DNA of 64,000 nucleotides from a virus: IMG/VR virus record IMGVR_UViG_3300032397_000010, positions 6,131 to 70,130 of that record; one strand, 5' to 3'. Shown piece by piece: positions 50,957 to 59,028 of this stretch (position 1 is its first letter; each line of letters starts with the position of its first letter). The notes under the pieces were generated by a model. It saw only the letters and a program-made list of their open reading frames with translations, ran no database searches and was not told where the DNA came from. The position numbers and the translations under genes were made by a program.

Positions 50957-52151
50957 ACCTCGCCTTCGCGAGCGCCGCCTTGGACTGCGGTCCCTTCTTC
51001 GGTGCTGGCGACGCCGCGACCACGGGCTCAGCGTCGCCGCCCTCGAGCATCCTGATCTCCGCGTCGATCCTCTCGAGTCGCCTGCGTTCGGCCACGGGGC
51101 AGTCGCCCTCGTGCTGCCACAGTTTGCCGTGTCTGATCGGGCATCCGCACAGGATGCGTTCGACGACTCTCTGCGGCGGAGGATCCTCCTGTCGAGGGGT
51201 CTCGCTGACGGAGACCATCGAAGCGAACTCCATCGAGCGCCGCCAGAGCGATCCGCACGTTCTGCGGATCGTGTGCTCGTGGACCTGACCATCACGTCCG
51301 ATGCCTCTGAAGACGAACGACAGCGTCTCGCGCACGGCGATCTTCATCCGGCCGACTTCGAGCGACAGGTTCTCGTGCGGGCCCATGTCCAGGATGCTTC
51401 GCAGCGTGGAGATGTCCGCGTCCTTCCAGCCGAAAGACCGAGCGACGGTCTCCCAGTTGTCCTGGCGGCACATGACCGTGTCCTGCTGCTGCTTCTTCTT
51501 CACTGCTTCTCGCCGAGCAGTTCGTCGCACAGGCCTCGCAACTCGCGCAGTTGTTCAGGCGATACCGACATCGTCACGAGGACACCGCGTCCGTTCTTGA
51601 CCGCACGGAACGACCCGGCGAGCAGAACAAAGCTTCCGTTGGCCTCGGGCGACGGCACGACGTCGAACCCGGCCTTCTTCCGCGTGACCGCGTCGGCGAT
51701 CACGGCGAGCGCCTGCTGCATGGTCCTCATCGTCCACCTCGGAAGAGCGAGACCAGCGTCTTCAGCGCGGCATGCTTCGCGGCGTTCTTCATCTCCTCGA
51801 CGGACGGCTTCCGCAAGGCCGCGTGCAGGATCACGCGCATGTGCCGAGGCACCTCCGTGACCGCGCCGCCGATGCGTGGGTAGCACGACAGGTTGCACCA
51901 GTCGCAGTACGGCGGCGTGGCCGCCTCGAGACCGCAGACGTCACACGCGCACTTCATTGCCTGCCTACTCCTCGAAGGATGTCGTTCGTGGCCGCGACGA
52001 AGTCGGCGACCTCGAGCACCATGAACGTATCACACGGCGGATCCGTGTGAACGAGCGCCACGGGATCGCCGCTCGATGCGCGAGCAGGAGCGAAGGTGCC
52101 CCTGCAGAACTGGCACTGCAAGTAGTCCTCGGGACGGGTGTGAAGATCCAT
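50928..52151 (-). CDS. Four small hypothetical genes (50928-51503, 51500-~51730, 51727-51957, 51954-52151)
   Basis: Coupled ORFs; the first is preceded by TTGCAT-17-TACAGT-7-ATG. Confidence 0.55.
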
Positions 52152-52210
52152 CAGGGCAACTGTACGCGGGACGCTTGCGGGATGCAATCGCATGGGTTAC
52201 CGTGCGCGCC

Positions 52211-52753
52211 ATGGAACAAAGATCCCTCCCGCCGGTCGGTCAGAGCCCGATCTCCGCACAAGACTTCGGCAAGCTCACGGAAGAGCAGAAGCATCAACTG
52301 GCCGCAGCGGCACATCATGCCACGGTCAAGGGCTCTGCGAAGAGCATCTTCGATGCCGTCAACGTCGGCATGGAAGCCGGGATGAAGATGAACGAGATGA
52401 TCATCATCCTGCTCTTCATGCACGAGGCGGAGTACGCCACGAAGGTGATCCCGAATCTGATCGGCGAGGAGAACCTGATCGAACGGTGCAACGCACAGAA
52501 GATCAAGGTCGCGATCTTCGTGCGTCCGATGGCCGAGTTCTCTCAGAAGCTGCGCGGCATCAACGGCCCCGGCGGGGAATGGGGAATCTACGACGGTGCC
52601 GCCGACGCGATGGCGCTTCCGCTCGAGGAGGACCGCTTGATGGTGGTCGTGTTCGAGATGAACCGATGCTCGACGATCGTGCTCCGGTACGACCCGACGA
52701 GGGCCGAGGAGATCCTCAAGAAGGCTGCCGAGAAGGAGACTTCCGACGGGTGA
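52211..52753 (+). CDS. Hypothetical protein
   Basis: Strong codon bias; leaderless-type -10 box. Confidence 0.65.
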   Translation: MEQRSLPPVGQSPISAQDFGKLTEEQKHQLAAAAHHATVKGSAKSIFDAVNVGMEAGMKMNEMIIILLFMHEAEYATKVIPNLIGEENLIERCNAQKIKVAIFVRPMAEFSQKLRGINGPGGEWGIYDGAADAMALPLEEDRLMVVVFEMNRCSTIVLRYDPTRAEEILKKAAEKETSDG

Positions 52754-52772
52754 CCGTGATACGTTCGCTGGC

Positions 52773-53204
52773 ATGAAGAAGTCGTCCACCGGGCTGATCA
52801 TTCTCGGGGTTGCCGCAGCGGGAGTCGGCTTCCTGGTGTTCTCGGCATCGTCGCCGCGCGTGGCCCATGCAGCGGTCACCCCGTCGAGCACGCCGCAGCG
52901 ACCGCTCCAGAACCGTCCCATCTCGGCCTCCGCGACGGGTACGGCGAGGGCTGCCATCATCCGAATCTTCCAGCAGCAACTCCAGGACATGGGCTACCGC
53001 ATCACCGCCGTCGATGGCATCACCGGCCCGGAGACACAGTCCGCCGCGCGCGTGTTCTCGGGCGACCATCGGGCCCAGGTGGAAGCCACCAGGGACACGT
53101 ACGCGTCCCTGCCGAATGACATCGGACTGATGTACCTCGTGGACGACGTGTACCGATCCAGCTTCGGGTTGCCGCCCGCGACTGTGGTATCCTCTGCGCC
53201 ATGA
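52773..53204 (+). CDS. N-anchored peptidoglycan-binding protein (paralog of 57229)
   Basis: TM; QQQLQDMGY...VDGITGPETQSA. Confidence 0.8.
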   Translation: MKKSSTGLIILGVAAAGVGFLVFSASSPRVAHAAVTPSSTPQRPLQNRPISASATGTARAAIIRIFQQQLQDMGYRITAVDGITGPETQSAARVFSGDHRAQVEATRDTYASLPNDIGLMYLVDDVYRSSFGLPPATVVSSAP

Positions 53205-53397
53205 TTCTCTCCCCGACACGCGCTCTCAAGTGGGAGCGTTCACAGGCGCACCGTCCCGCTGGAGATCCGATCGCTCCGACGCCCTCGAGCGATCCGCCGA
53301 CGTGGAAGATCGTCGCGGTCATCTTCGGCGGCCTCGCCGTGTGGGAACTGCTCCAGTACAGCAAGCATCGGGCGATGACCCGGAGAGGGATCTGGCG

Positions 53398-53709
53398 ATG
53401 ATCGGTCCGAGACGCCTGTGGCCCCCTCCTCCGCGCGAACCGCCCGGCCCGAAGCCGAGCGACATGATCATCGTGAACGGCGGCTGCAGCGCCTGTGCGG
53501 CCCTCGAGCGGGCCATCCAGGCGGGGGAGGCTCAGGGGCAGCAGTTCCCCGAGATCCCGATCCTCACCAGGGAGAACGCCGAGGCAGCGAGGGTGTTCCG
53601 CGTGAATCACGGGCGCGGGTATCCGGCTGCGGTGATCGGCGGGAACTTCGTGATCGGCGTCGGAGCGATCCGGCAGGCCCTGGCGCGGCACTACGGCTTC
53701 AGGACGTGA
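53398..53709 (+). CDS. Glutaredoxin/thioredoxin-like protein
   Basis: CSAC motif and GYPAAVIGG cis-Pro region. Confidence 0.6.
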   Translation: MIGPRRLWPPPPREPPGPKPSDMIIVNGGCSACAALERAIQAGEAQGQQFPEIPILTRENAEAARVFRVNHGRGYPAAVIGGNFVIGVGAIRQALARHYGFRT

Positions 53710-54106
53710 GGGGACGATGCGTGCGATCTACGAACTCCTCGTGGACATCACCGAGAACGGCGGCCACTTCCCGGCGGTGACGCATGCCTTCCGGGGGCTC
53801 ACCCAACAGGAGGCGCAGGATCGTTACCTCGCCCACCTGCAGGCGGACAGCTTCCTGCGAGAGTGCGTCCAGGGGGCGGTCGCGAACTACTCTCCTGCCT
53901 TCTACTGGCGGCGTGTGATGGTGGACTGGAGCCCGGTCGGGCTGCCATGGAAGTCGCCCTGGAAGCACATGTCCTGGCGTCGTCAGGAAGCACGTTCGCC
54001 AGCGCCAGGAACGAAGTAGTGCCTGACCCGCAGCCACCGCAGCGGGTAGGATCGCGGCCATGGCACGCCGACACCGTTGCAAGCACCGTGATCGGCTGAT
54101 CTGGAG

Positions 54107-54439
54107 ATGAAGATGCGTCGAACCAATCCCGTGAAGAAGACCGGCAAGGGCAAGGAGATCCGTCACGATCTGGCGAGCGATCTCCAGGACGTCTACTGGC
54201 GAGGGCGAGCCATCGCCGGGTACAACGACGGCCTGGGTGAGGACGATCTCGGATCTTCTCTCCAGATCCTCGGGCTGGCCGTACGCAGGAATCGATCGCT
54301 CCAGAAGTCTCTTCTGACGGCAGCCGAGCGCGCGACGATCGGGAAGATCCTGGTGCGTGCCGCTGAGCGTCTTGCCAAGAAGATCGAGGCCAACGCAGCG
54401 TACGGTCTCCGTCGCGAGTCGCCCGACTACCCGAGGTGA
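54107..54439 (+). CDS. Hypothetical protein starting with RRTNP
   Basis: MKMRRTNP; RBS GGAG. Confidence 0.65.
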   Translation: MKMRRTNPVKKTGKGKEIRHDLASDLQDVYWRGRAIAGYNDGLGEDDLGSSLQILGLAVRRNRSLQKSLLTAAERATIGKILVRAAERLAKKIEANAAYGLRRESPDYPR

Positions 54440-54443
54440 TCTG

Positions 54444-54980
54444 ATGTCACCCGAGCGTCGAGAACGACTCCTGGAAGACTGGAAGGAGACGGTGAAGGGC
54501 ATCCGTGGCGGCAAGCGCGTCGGCACGAGCGTGTACCTGCACCAGTCGGCGCTCGATGACCAGACCGAGGCCTACGAGGCCGCGCGGATCGCGTCGCTGC
54601 TGGCGCATGCGAGCGGCCACCACTTCGACCTCGTGAAGTTCTCGGTGCTCTCGCCGGTCGTCTCATTGCTGTCGTACCCGCGCTTCTTCGAGGACGCGTT
54701 CCCGGCGCTCGAGTTCGCCTGGACGGTGGACCTGACGACCGAGAAGGTCACGATGCGCGACTACTCGAAGTACGCGAACAAGCCGATCCTGCATCGCAAG
54801 GAACTGTTCCTCGCGAAGGATCACCCGCGTCGGGCGGAGTTCGCCGCGATGACGAAGAAGGTCGAAGACCTGGGCCTGTTCTACGGCATGAACGCGATGG
54901 GCAGCGAGAAGCCGTGGGGCGAGCGCCTGCGCAAGGCGGGCGTCACGGTATCGGGCAACAGGATCACGGTGAAGCGATGA
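54444..54980 (+). CDS. Stand-alone non-catalytic domain resembling the DNA phosphorothioation-associated putative methyltransferase (TIGR04096-like)
   Basis: GKRV...VYLH.SAL, LVKF, VSLLSYPRFFEDAFPAL..VDL..RDYS..NKPILHRKELF...HP. Confidence 0.7.
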   Translation: MSPERRERLLEDWKETVKGIRGGKRVGTSVYLHQSALDDQTEAYEAARIASLLAHASGHHFDLVKFSVLSPVVSLLSYPRFFEDAFPALEFAWTVDLTTEKVTMRDYSKYANKPILHRKELFLAKDHPRRAEFAAMTKKVEDLGLFYGMNAMGSEKPWGERLRKAGVTVSGNRITVKR

Positions 54981-55744
54981 GACGAACGCAGCATGTCGTG
55001 TCCCCGGACCGCATCATCTATCGAGCGGTGACTGGCGGCTTCATCACCGCCGCCGAGGCAGATTCGCAGGTGGTTCACGACCACGCGCTCTGGACGGCCG
55101 AGAGGCTCGACAGCGAATGGCCCGAAGGTGAGGGCTTCGGGTCGAGCGACATGACGTTCGTGCTCCAGGAGTTCCTGGAGAGCCTCGGCATCAAGACCGC
55201 GTTCGTGAACGGACGCCTGACTGCCGTGCGGAGTAACCCGCACGGCAAGCCAGACCCGTGCCTGCATCCCGAGAAGACGGCGCGCCCGCAGACTCCGCAG
55301 CTTCACAAGAAGCTCGCTGCGAAGGGCGTCTGGCACAGAGGAGATGTCAACGCTGACATCGGCGGCGGCCCCTTCGAGTTCGCCACGGACTTCCTGAAGA
55401 GCGAGGGCGTCACGAACATCGTCTGGGATACGTTCAACCGGTCGAAGGCGCACAACGAGGCTGCGATGCGCAAGATCACGCGAGGCGTGGACAGCGTGAC
55501 CATCGCGAACGTCTTGAACGTGATCAGGGATAAGGGCGAGCGAATCAAGCTCTTGCACTTCGCCGCGAGCGTTCTGAAACCTCACGGCGTCGTCTACGTC
55601 TGGATCCACGAAGGCGACGCTGAGAACCGGGGCCACCCGGACAAGTGCCAGAACAACATGCCGACGGCGTGGTACGTGCCTGAGATTCAGACGGTGTTCC
55701 GTGAGGTGGAGCGACGCGGACGGATCATCGCAGCGCGGATGTGA
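54977..55744 (+). CDS. SAM-dependent methyltransferase domain behind an RSNP-delimited leader
   Basis: DIGGG (motif I), WDTFNR, DSVTIANVLNVI...ER, LKPHG. Confidence 0.75.
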   Translation: MRRTQHVVSPDRIIYRAVTGGFITAAEADSQVVHDHALWTAERLDSEWPEGEGFGSSDMTFVLQEFLESLGIKTAFVNGRLTAVRSNPHGKPDPCLHPEKTARPQTPQLHKKLAAKGVWHRGDVNADIGGGPFEFATDFLKSEGVTNIVWDTFNRSKAHNEAAMRKITRGVDSVTIANVLNVIRDKGERIKLLHFAASVLKPHGVVYVWIHEGDAENRGHPDKCQNNMPTAWYVPEIQTVFREVERRGRIIAARM

Positions 55745-56475
55745 TGCTGCTGTACCACGGCACAGCAAGGTCGAATCTCTCCTCGGTGGCGAGAAGCGGT
55801 CTTCGCGCGCCGCTGTGGGTAGCGAAGACCTTGGAGGCGGCGGCGAACTGGGCCCAGTTGCGCAGCGCCCACTGGGTCGGCAACCAGCGCGTAACGCCGC
55901 CCGTATCGATCCTCCGGTTCCACTGGGACGGAGACCTGTACGAAGACACGAACACCCTGGACCCCAACCTCGGCGTGCTGCGAGACGAAGTTCCGGCAGA
56001 GACCATCGACGTGCTGGTGGGTAGCCCATGGACCGCAGCGCGCAAGCGGTGGAGGCGCATGCTCCCTGTGAGAACGAACCCATCGATCAGCCTCGAGATC
56101 GTAGGCGACCCTCGCGGCTTCGACGTCGTGCTCACGCGGCGCGGTCGCAAGGTTGGCAAGCTCACCGCCGAGCACACCTCCAACACGCTGTGCCAGGACG
56201 ACCTGGAAGAGATGCGACACATCGTCGGCGACGCCTTCCTGGACACGTACGTCGTCACCGGAGCGAGGATCGACGCGGTCCTGTTCAACCAGGGCGCAGG
56301 TCTGAAGATGTACCTCGAAGCGATCCATGAGGCCGCAAGACGAGGCGGCGTGCTCGCCCCTCACGTCTGCATCGGGGTCGGCGGGACGTCTACGGCTGCG
56401 ATGCGCGTGTGGAACAGCAAGCGCCTGTCCGAGCACGTCCTGCGGGTCGGTAGGCTGGTCTACTGGGCAGGCTGA
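55741..56475 (+). CDS. ADP-ribosyltransferase-like (YHGT) domain, RTNP linker, GNAT-like domain
   Basis: LYHGT..NL..V..SGL; NQGAGLKMY (acetyl-CoA motif A-like) and A.RVW. Confidence 0.6.
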   Translation: MMLLYHGTARSNLSSVARSGLRAPLWVAKTLEAAANWAQLRSAHWVGNQRVTPPVSILRFHWDGDLYEDTNTLDPNLGVLRDEVPAETIDVLVGSPWTAARKRWRRMLPVRTNPSISLEIVGDPRGFDVVLTRRGRKVGKLTAEHTSNTLCQDDLEEMRHIVGDAFLDTYVVTGARIDAVLFNQGAGLKMYLEAIHEAARRGGVLAPHVCIGVGGTSTAAMRVWNSKRLSEHVLRVGRLVYWAG

Positions 56476-56482
56476 CAGCCGA

Positions 56483-56510
56483 AGGGCGGGAGCAGAATGC
56501 CCCCGCCCCT
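56483..56510. terminator. Hairpin between the convergent ART-GNAT gene and tmRNA
   Basis: AGGGCGGGAGCA-GAA-TGCCCCCGCCCT. Confidence 0.6.
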
Positions 56511-56531
56511 CGTCCAGTGCTGCGAACTGGG

Positions 56532-56879
56532 TGGACCCGCCCGGAATCGAACCGGGGTCCGCGAGACCATTCTGAAGCAGATCCTACGTGGCCCTGTTCG
56601 GTGTGTCTCTTCGCCCTCCGAGCATCCCCACCGACAGGGTCTCGTCCGGTTTCACCGCCTGTTTCTCACTTCGGATCGACGGTGGTCTTCCGAAGCCAGC
56701 CCGGTCTATTTGCACCCCGCCGAGTGACCCAGGCTTACAGCCCGGAGGGATGGCTACGCGGCTTGCCGCGCAGCAGTGGCGTTGTCGTTCGCGACTCAGT
56801 TTGGGGCAGCTTGAAAGGTCCACCCCAGCCTTGGCACGCACTCCTTCGTTCAAGTCCCACGTCGAAGCCTGTCGGGCCC
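56532..56879 (-). ncRNA. ssrA: tmRNA (transfer-messenger RNA); tag peptide ANDNATAARQAA at 56792-56754
   Basis: 5' GGGCCCG pairs with 3' CGGGTCC-A, giving G3.U70. TTCGAC near the 5' end, T-arm CCCGGTTCGATTCCGGG, tag ORF starting AND-N and ending AA-stop, about 348 nt. Confidence 0.95.
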
Positions 56880-56904
56880 GTCGTGACCGCTGACTCTACC
56901 AGAA

Positions 56905-57129
56905 TCAGCCCTCGTCCGCTCCTTCGTCGGCGGGCTCACCCGTCGGCAGGCGGTCCAGGATCCGGTCGTAGACGCCGAAGACCGTCTCGGGCGTGACGTC
57001 GGGCCCGAAGGCCTTCCTTGCGAGTTGCTGGGCGATCTGCAGGTCGCGGTACACCGCCTGCGTGATCTGACCCATGAACGCAAGATACTGCTCCTGCGTG
57101 ATCTGAACCGGTTGCTGCTGCTCGTCCAT
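56905..57129 (-). CDS. Small hypothetical protein upstream of the tmRNA
   Basis: RBS GGAGG; TTGACT promoter with operator box. Confidence 0.65.
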   Translation of the reverse strand: MDEQQQPVQITQEQYLAFMGQITQAVYRDLQIAQQLARKAFGPDVTPETVFGVYDRILDRLPTGEPADEGADEG

Positions 57130-57228
57130 GTTGCCTCCGTGAGCGTTGTACTGCATACCGCTTGCGGTAGTCAATCGAACCGTACGTCCGTCGTCGCCGT
57201 GAGAACCGTCCTGTGATACCGTTCGAGC

Positions 57229-57645
57229 ATGAAAGCCGGATGGATTGTTCTTGGGCTTGCTGCAGGCGTCGGCGTCCTGGTCCTCACGTCCTCGAGTGCC
57301 CCCGCTGCGCGTCCCGCGCCACCATCGCCCCCTGTGCCGACGCCTCCTCCCGCGCCGCTTACGGGGCCGGTCCAGGAGCGGCCGTTCCCTACGGTGATCT
57401 CCGAGACGATGATGAGACAGATCGTGCAGGTGGCGCAGCGGCAACTTCAGGATCTTGGCTTCCACATCACGATGATCGACGGGATCTCCGGGCCGGAGAC
57501 CCAGGCAGCAGTGCGGGCATTCATCGCCGCGCACCCGCAAGAGGTGAGCGTCGCCGAGCGGACGTACCGCGACTACGCGGACAAGCGGCAGGTCGCCTAC
57601 CTCATCGACGACGTGTATCGAGCGCACCTCAACGAGGGCGTATGA
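57229..57645 (+). CDS. N-anchored peptidoglycan-binding protein (paralog of 52773)
   Basis: TM, Pro linker, QRQLQDLGF..IDGISGPETQAA..YLIDDVYR. Confidence 0.8.
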   Translation: MKAGWIVLGLAAGVGVLVLTSSSAPAARPAPPSPPVPTPPPAPLTGPVQERPFPTVISETMMRQIVQVAQRQLQDLGFHITMIDGISGPETQAAVRAFIAAHPQEVSVAERTYRDYADKRQVAYLIDDVYRAHLNEGV

Positions 57646-58532
57646 ACGACAGAGAGAAACTACTCGCAGCGGGCATCGCTCTCGGAGCGGTAGCTCTCTA
57701 CGGATTCACGAGAGGCAATCCGGTGACAGGAGCAATGTTCCTCGACGGTCTCGCTTCCGCTCCGTTCCCCGACCAGAGCGGACCTGGAGCGGCGGTTGTC
57801 GTGCCGCCGCAGTTCCCGTCGTCCGGCCCCGTGCGCGTCTGCGTGTACGTCCGAGGGTTCTTGAACTGCGTCGAGAACGTCCTGTCGGCGACGGGCGTGC
57901 CGTGCTCTCCGGGAGGCAGGGCGCATCCGCCGTCGAACCTCGAGAGCCAGCTTGTGGGTTCCGGGTCCGACACGCTGCTCGTGCTGCCGGAGCTTCGCCG
58001 GGAAGCTCAGTCCGGCGATCCAGGGAGGCTGTCGCGCGGTGGATCGTTCGCCGCATTTCTCGACGAAGTATTCGCGCGGATCGCACCAGCCATCGGAAGG
58101 TCGATGACGATCGCTGACGTGGGACACCTCGGGCTGATGAGTCATTCCGGCGGGTATCAAACCATCGCCTCGATCATCCGTCAGCGTCCCGCTGCGTTGC
58201 GCTCCGTCGCGCTGCTCGACAGCCTCTACGGCAACCAGCCCACGTTCTCGGACTGGATCACCAGCAACGTGCGCGGGTTCGCTCCGAGCGGATCGTTTCG
58301 ATTCGCGAACCTGTACACGAGCACGGGTGGTACGGGCGCGAAGTCACGAGAGCTTGCGTCCGTCGTCCAGGGAGCGTTCCTGTCGGCCAACATGAGCGAC
58401 GAGTTCCTGTTCGACGACGACGCGAGCACGCCGATCGACTACTCGCGCCACGCGATCTTCAAGCACGTCCCGGAGTCGCACGACAACACGGCGCGGCTGT
58501 ACCCCCGGAGGCTGTGGGCGGCTGGCTGGTAG
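57642..58532 (+). CDS. N-anchored alpha/beta hydrolase, copy 1
   Basis: TM, RGNP, MSHSGGY nucleophile elbow, LLDSLYG, C-terminal SHD. Confidence 0.75.
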   Translation: MNDREKLLAAGIALGAVALYGFTRGNPVTGAMFLDGLASAPFPDQSGPGAAVVVPPQFPSSGPVRVCVYVRGFLNCVENVLSATGVPCSPGGRAHPPSNLESQLVGSGSDTLLVLPELRREAQSGDPGRLSRGGSFAAFLDEVFARIAPAIGRSMTIADVGHLGLMSHSGGYQTIASIIRQRPAALRSVALLDSLYGNQPTFSDWITSNVRGFAPSGSFRFANLYTSTGGTGAKSRELASVVQGAFLSANMSDEFLFDDDASTPIDYSRHAIFKHVPESHDNTARLYPRRLWAAGW

Positions 58533-58548
58533 GTCATACCGCTCGTGG

Positions 58549-59028
58549 CTATGGTTGCGAATTCCTTGCGACCACCGCTCTGCACATAGCGACGAACTCC
58601 TCGTCTGACATAGTCCTCTTGGCGTAGTTCACCGAAGCGTGGACCCATCTCAGGTTGCTGACGGTGTTGGGGCCACCTCTTGCTCTAGCAACGATGTGGT
58701 CGAGCGACGCTGTTTTACCTAGTTCCATGGGCCATCCAGTCAGAGCGCACATGCCTCCCTGTTCGTCGAACCTACGCACCATCGCGTGTACGTCACCGCC
58801 TCGCAAACCAGACCCTCGCGTCTGTTGAAGCGTCATGCACCTTGCGCACAACGACTTCCCGTCGAGACGGTTGTCACACCTCTCGCACAGCCCCGCTGCG
58901 AGTCGATCCGTGCGCCGCTTGTTGCTCATGCAGCGAGCACACAAACCATCAGCGTTGGCTCGATGTCCACGGCTGGCCCGTCTGCCGCACTTGCACGGAA
59001 CTTCGCCTTCCTTCGCAAGAATCTTCAT
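58549..59028 (-). CDS. HNH endonuclease with N-terminal Zn fingers
   Basis: CALTG..SLDHIVARARGG..NLRWVH..VNYAK. Confidence 0.88.
   Translation of the reverse strand: MKILAKEGEVPCKCGRRASRGHRANADGLCARCMSNKRRTDRLAAGLCERCDNRLDGKSLCARCMTLQQTRGSGLRGGDVHAMVRRFDEQGGMCALTGWPMELGKTASLDHIVARARGGPNTVSNLRWVHASVNYAKRTMSDEEFVAMCRAVVARNSQP

Noticed and set aside
56530-56565. Stand-alone tRNA or attR remnant
   Set aside because: The T-arm belongs to a full tmRNA with a matching 5' acceptor strand and tag ORF. No second copy is seen in the window.
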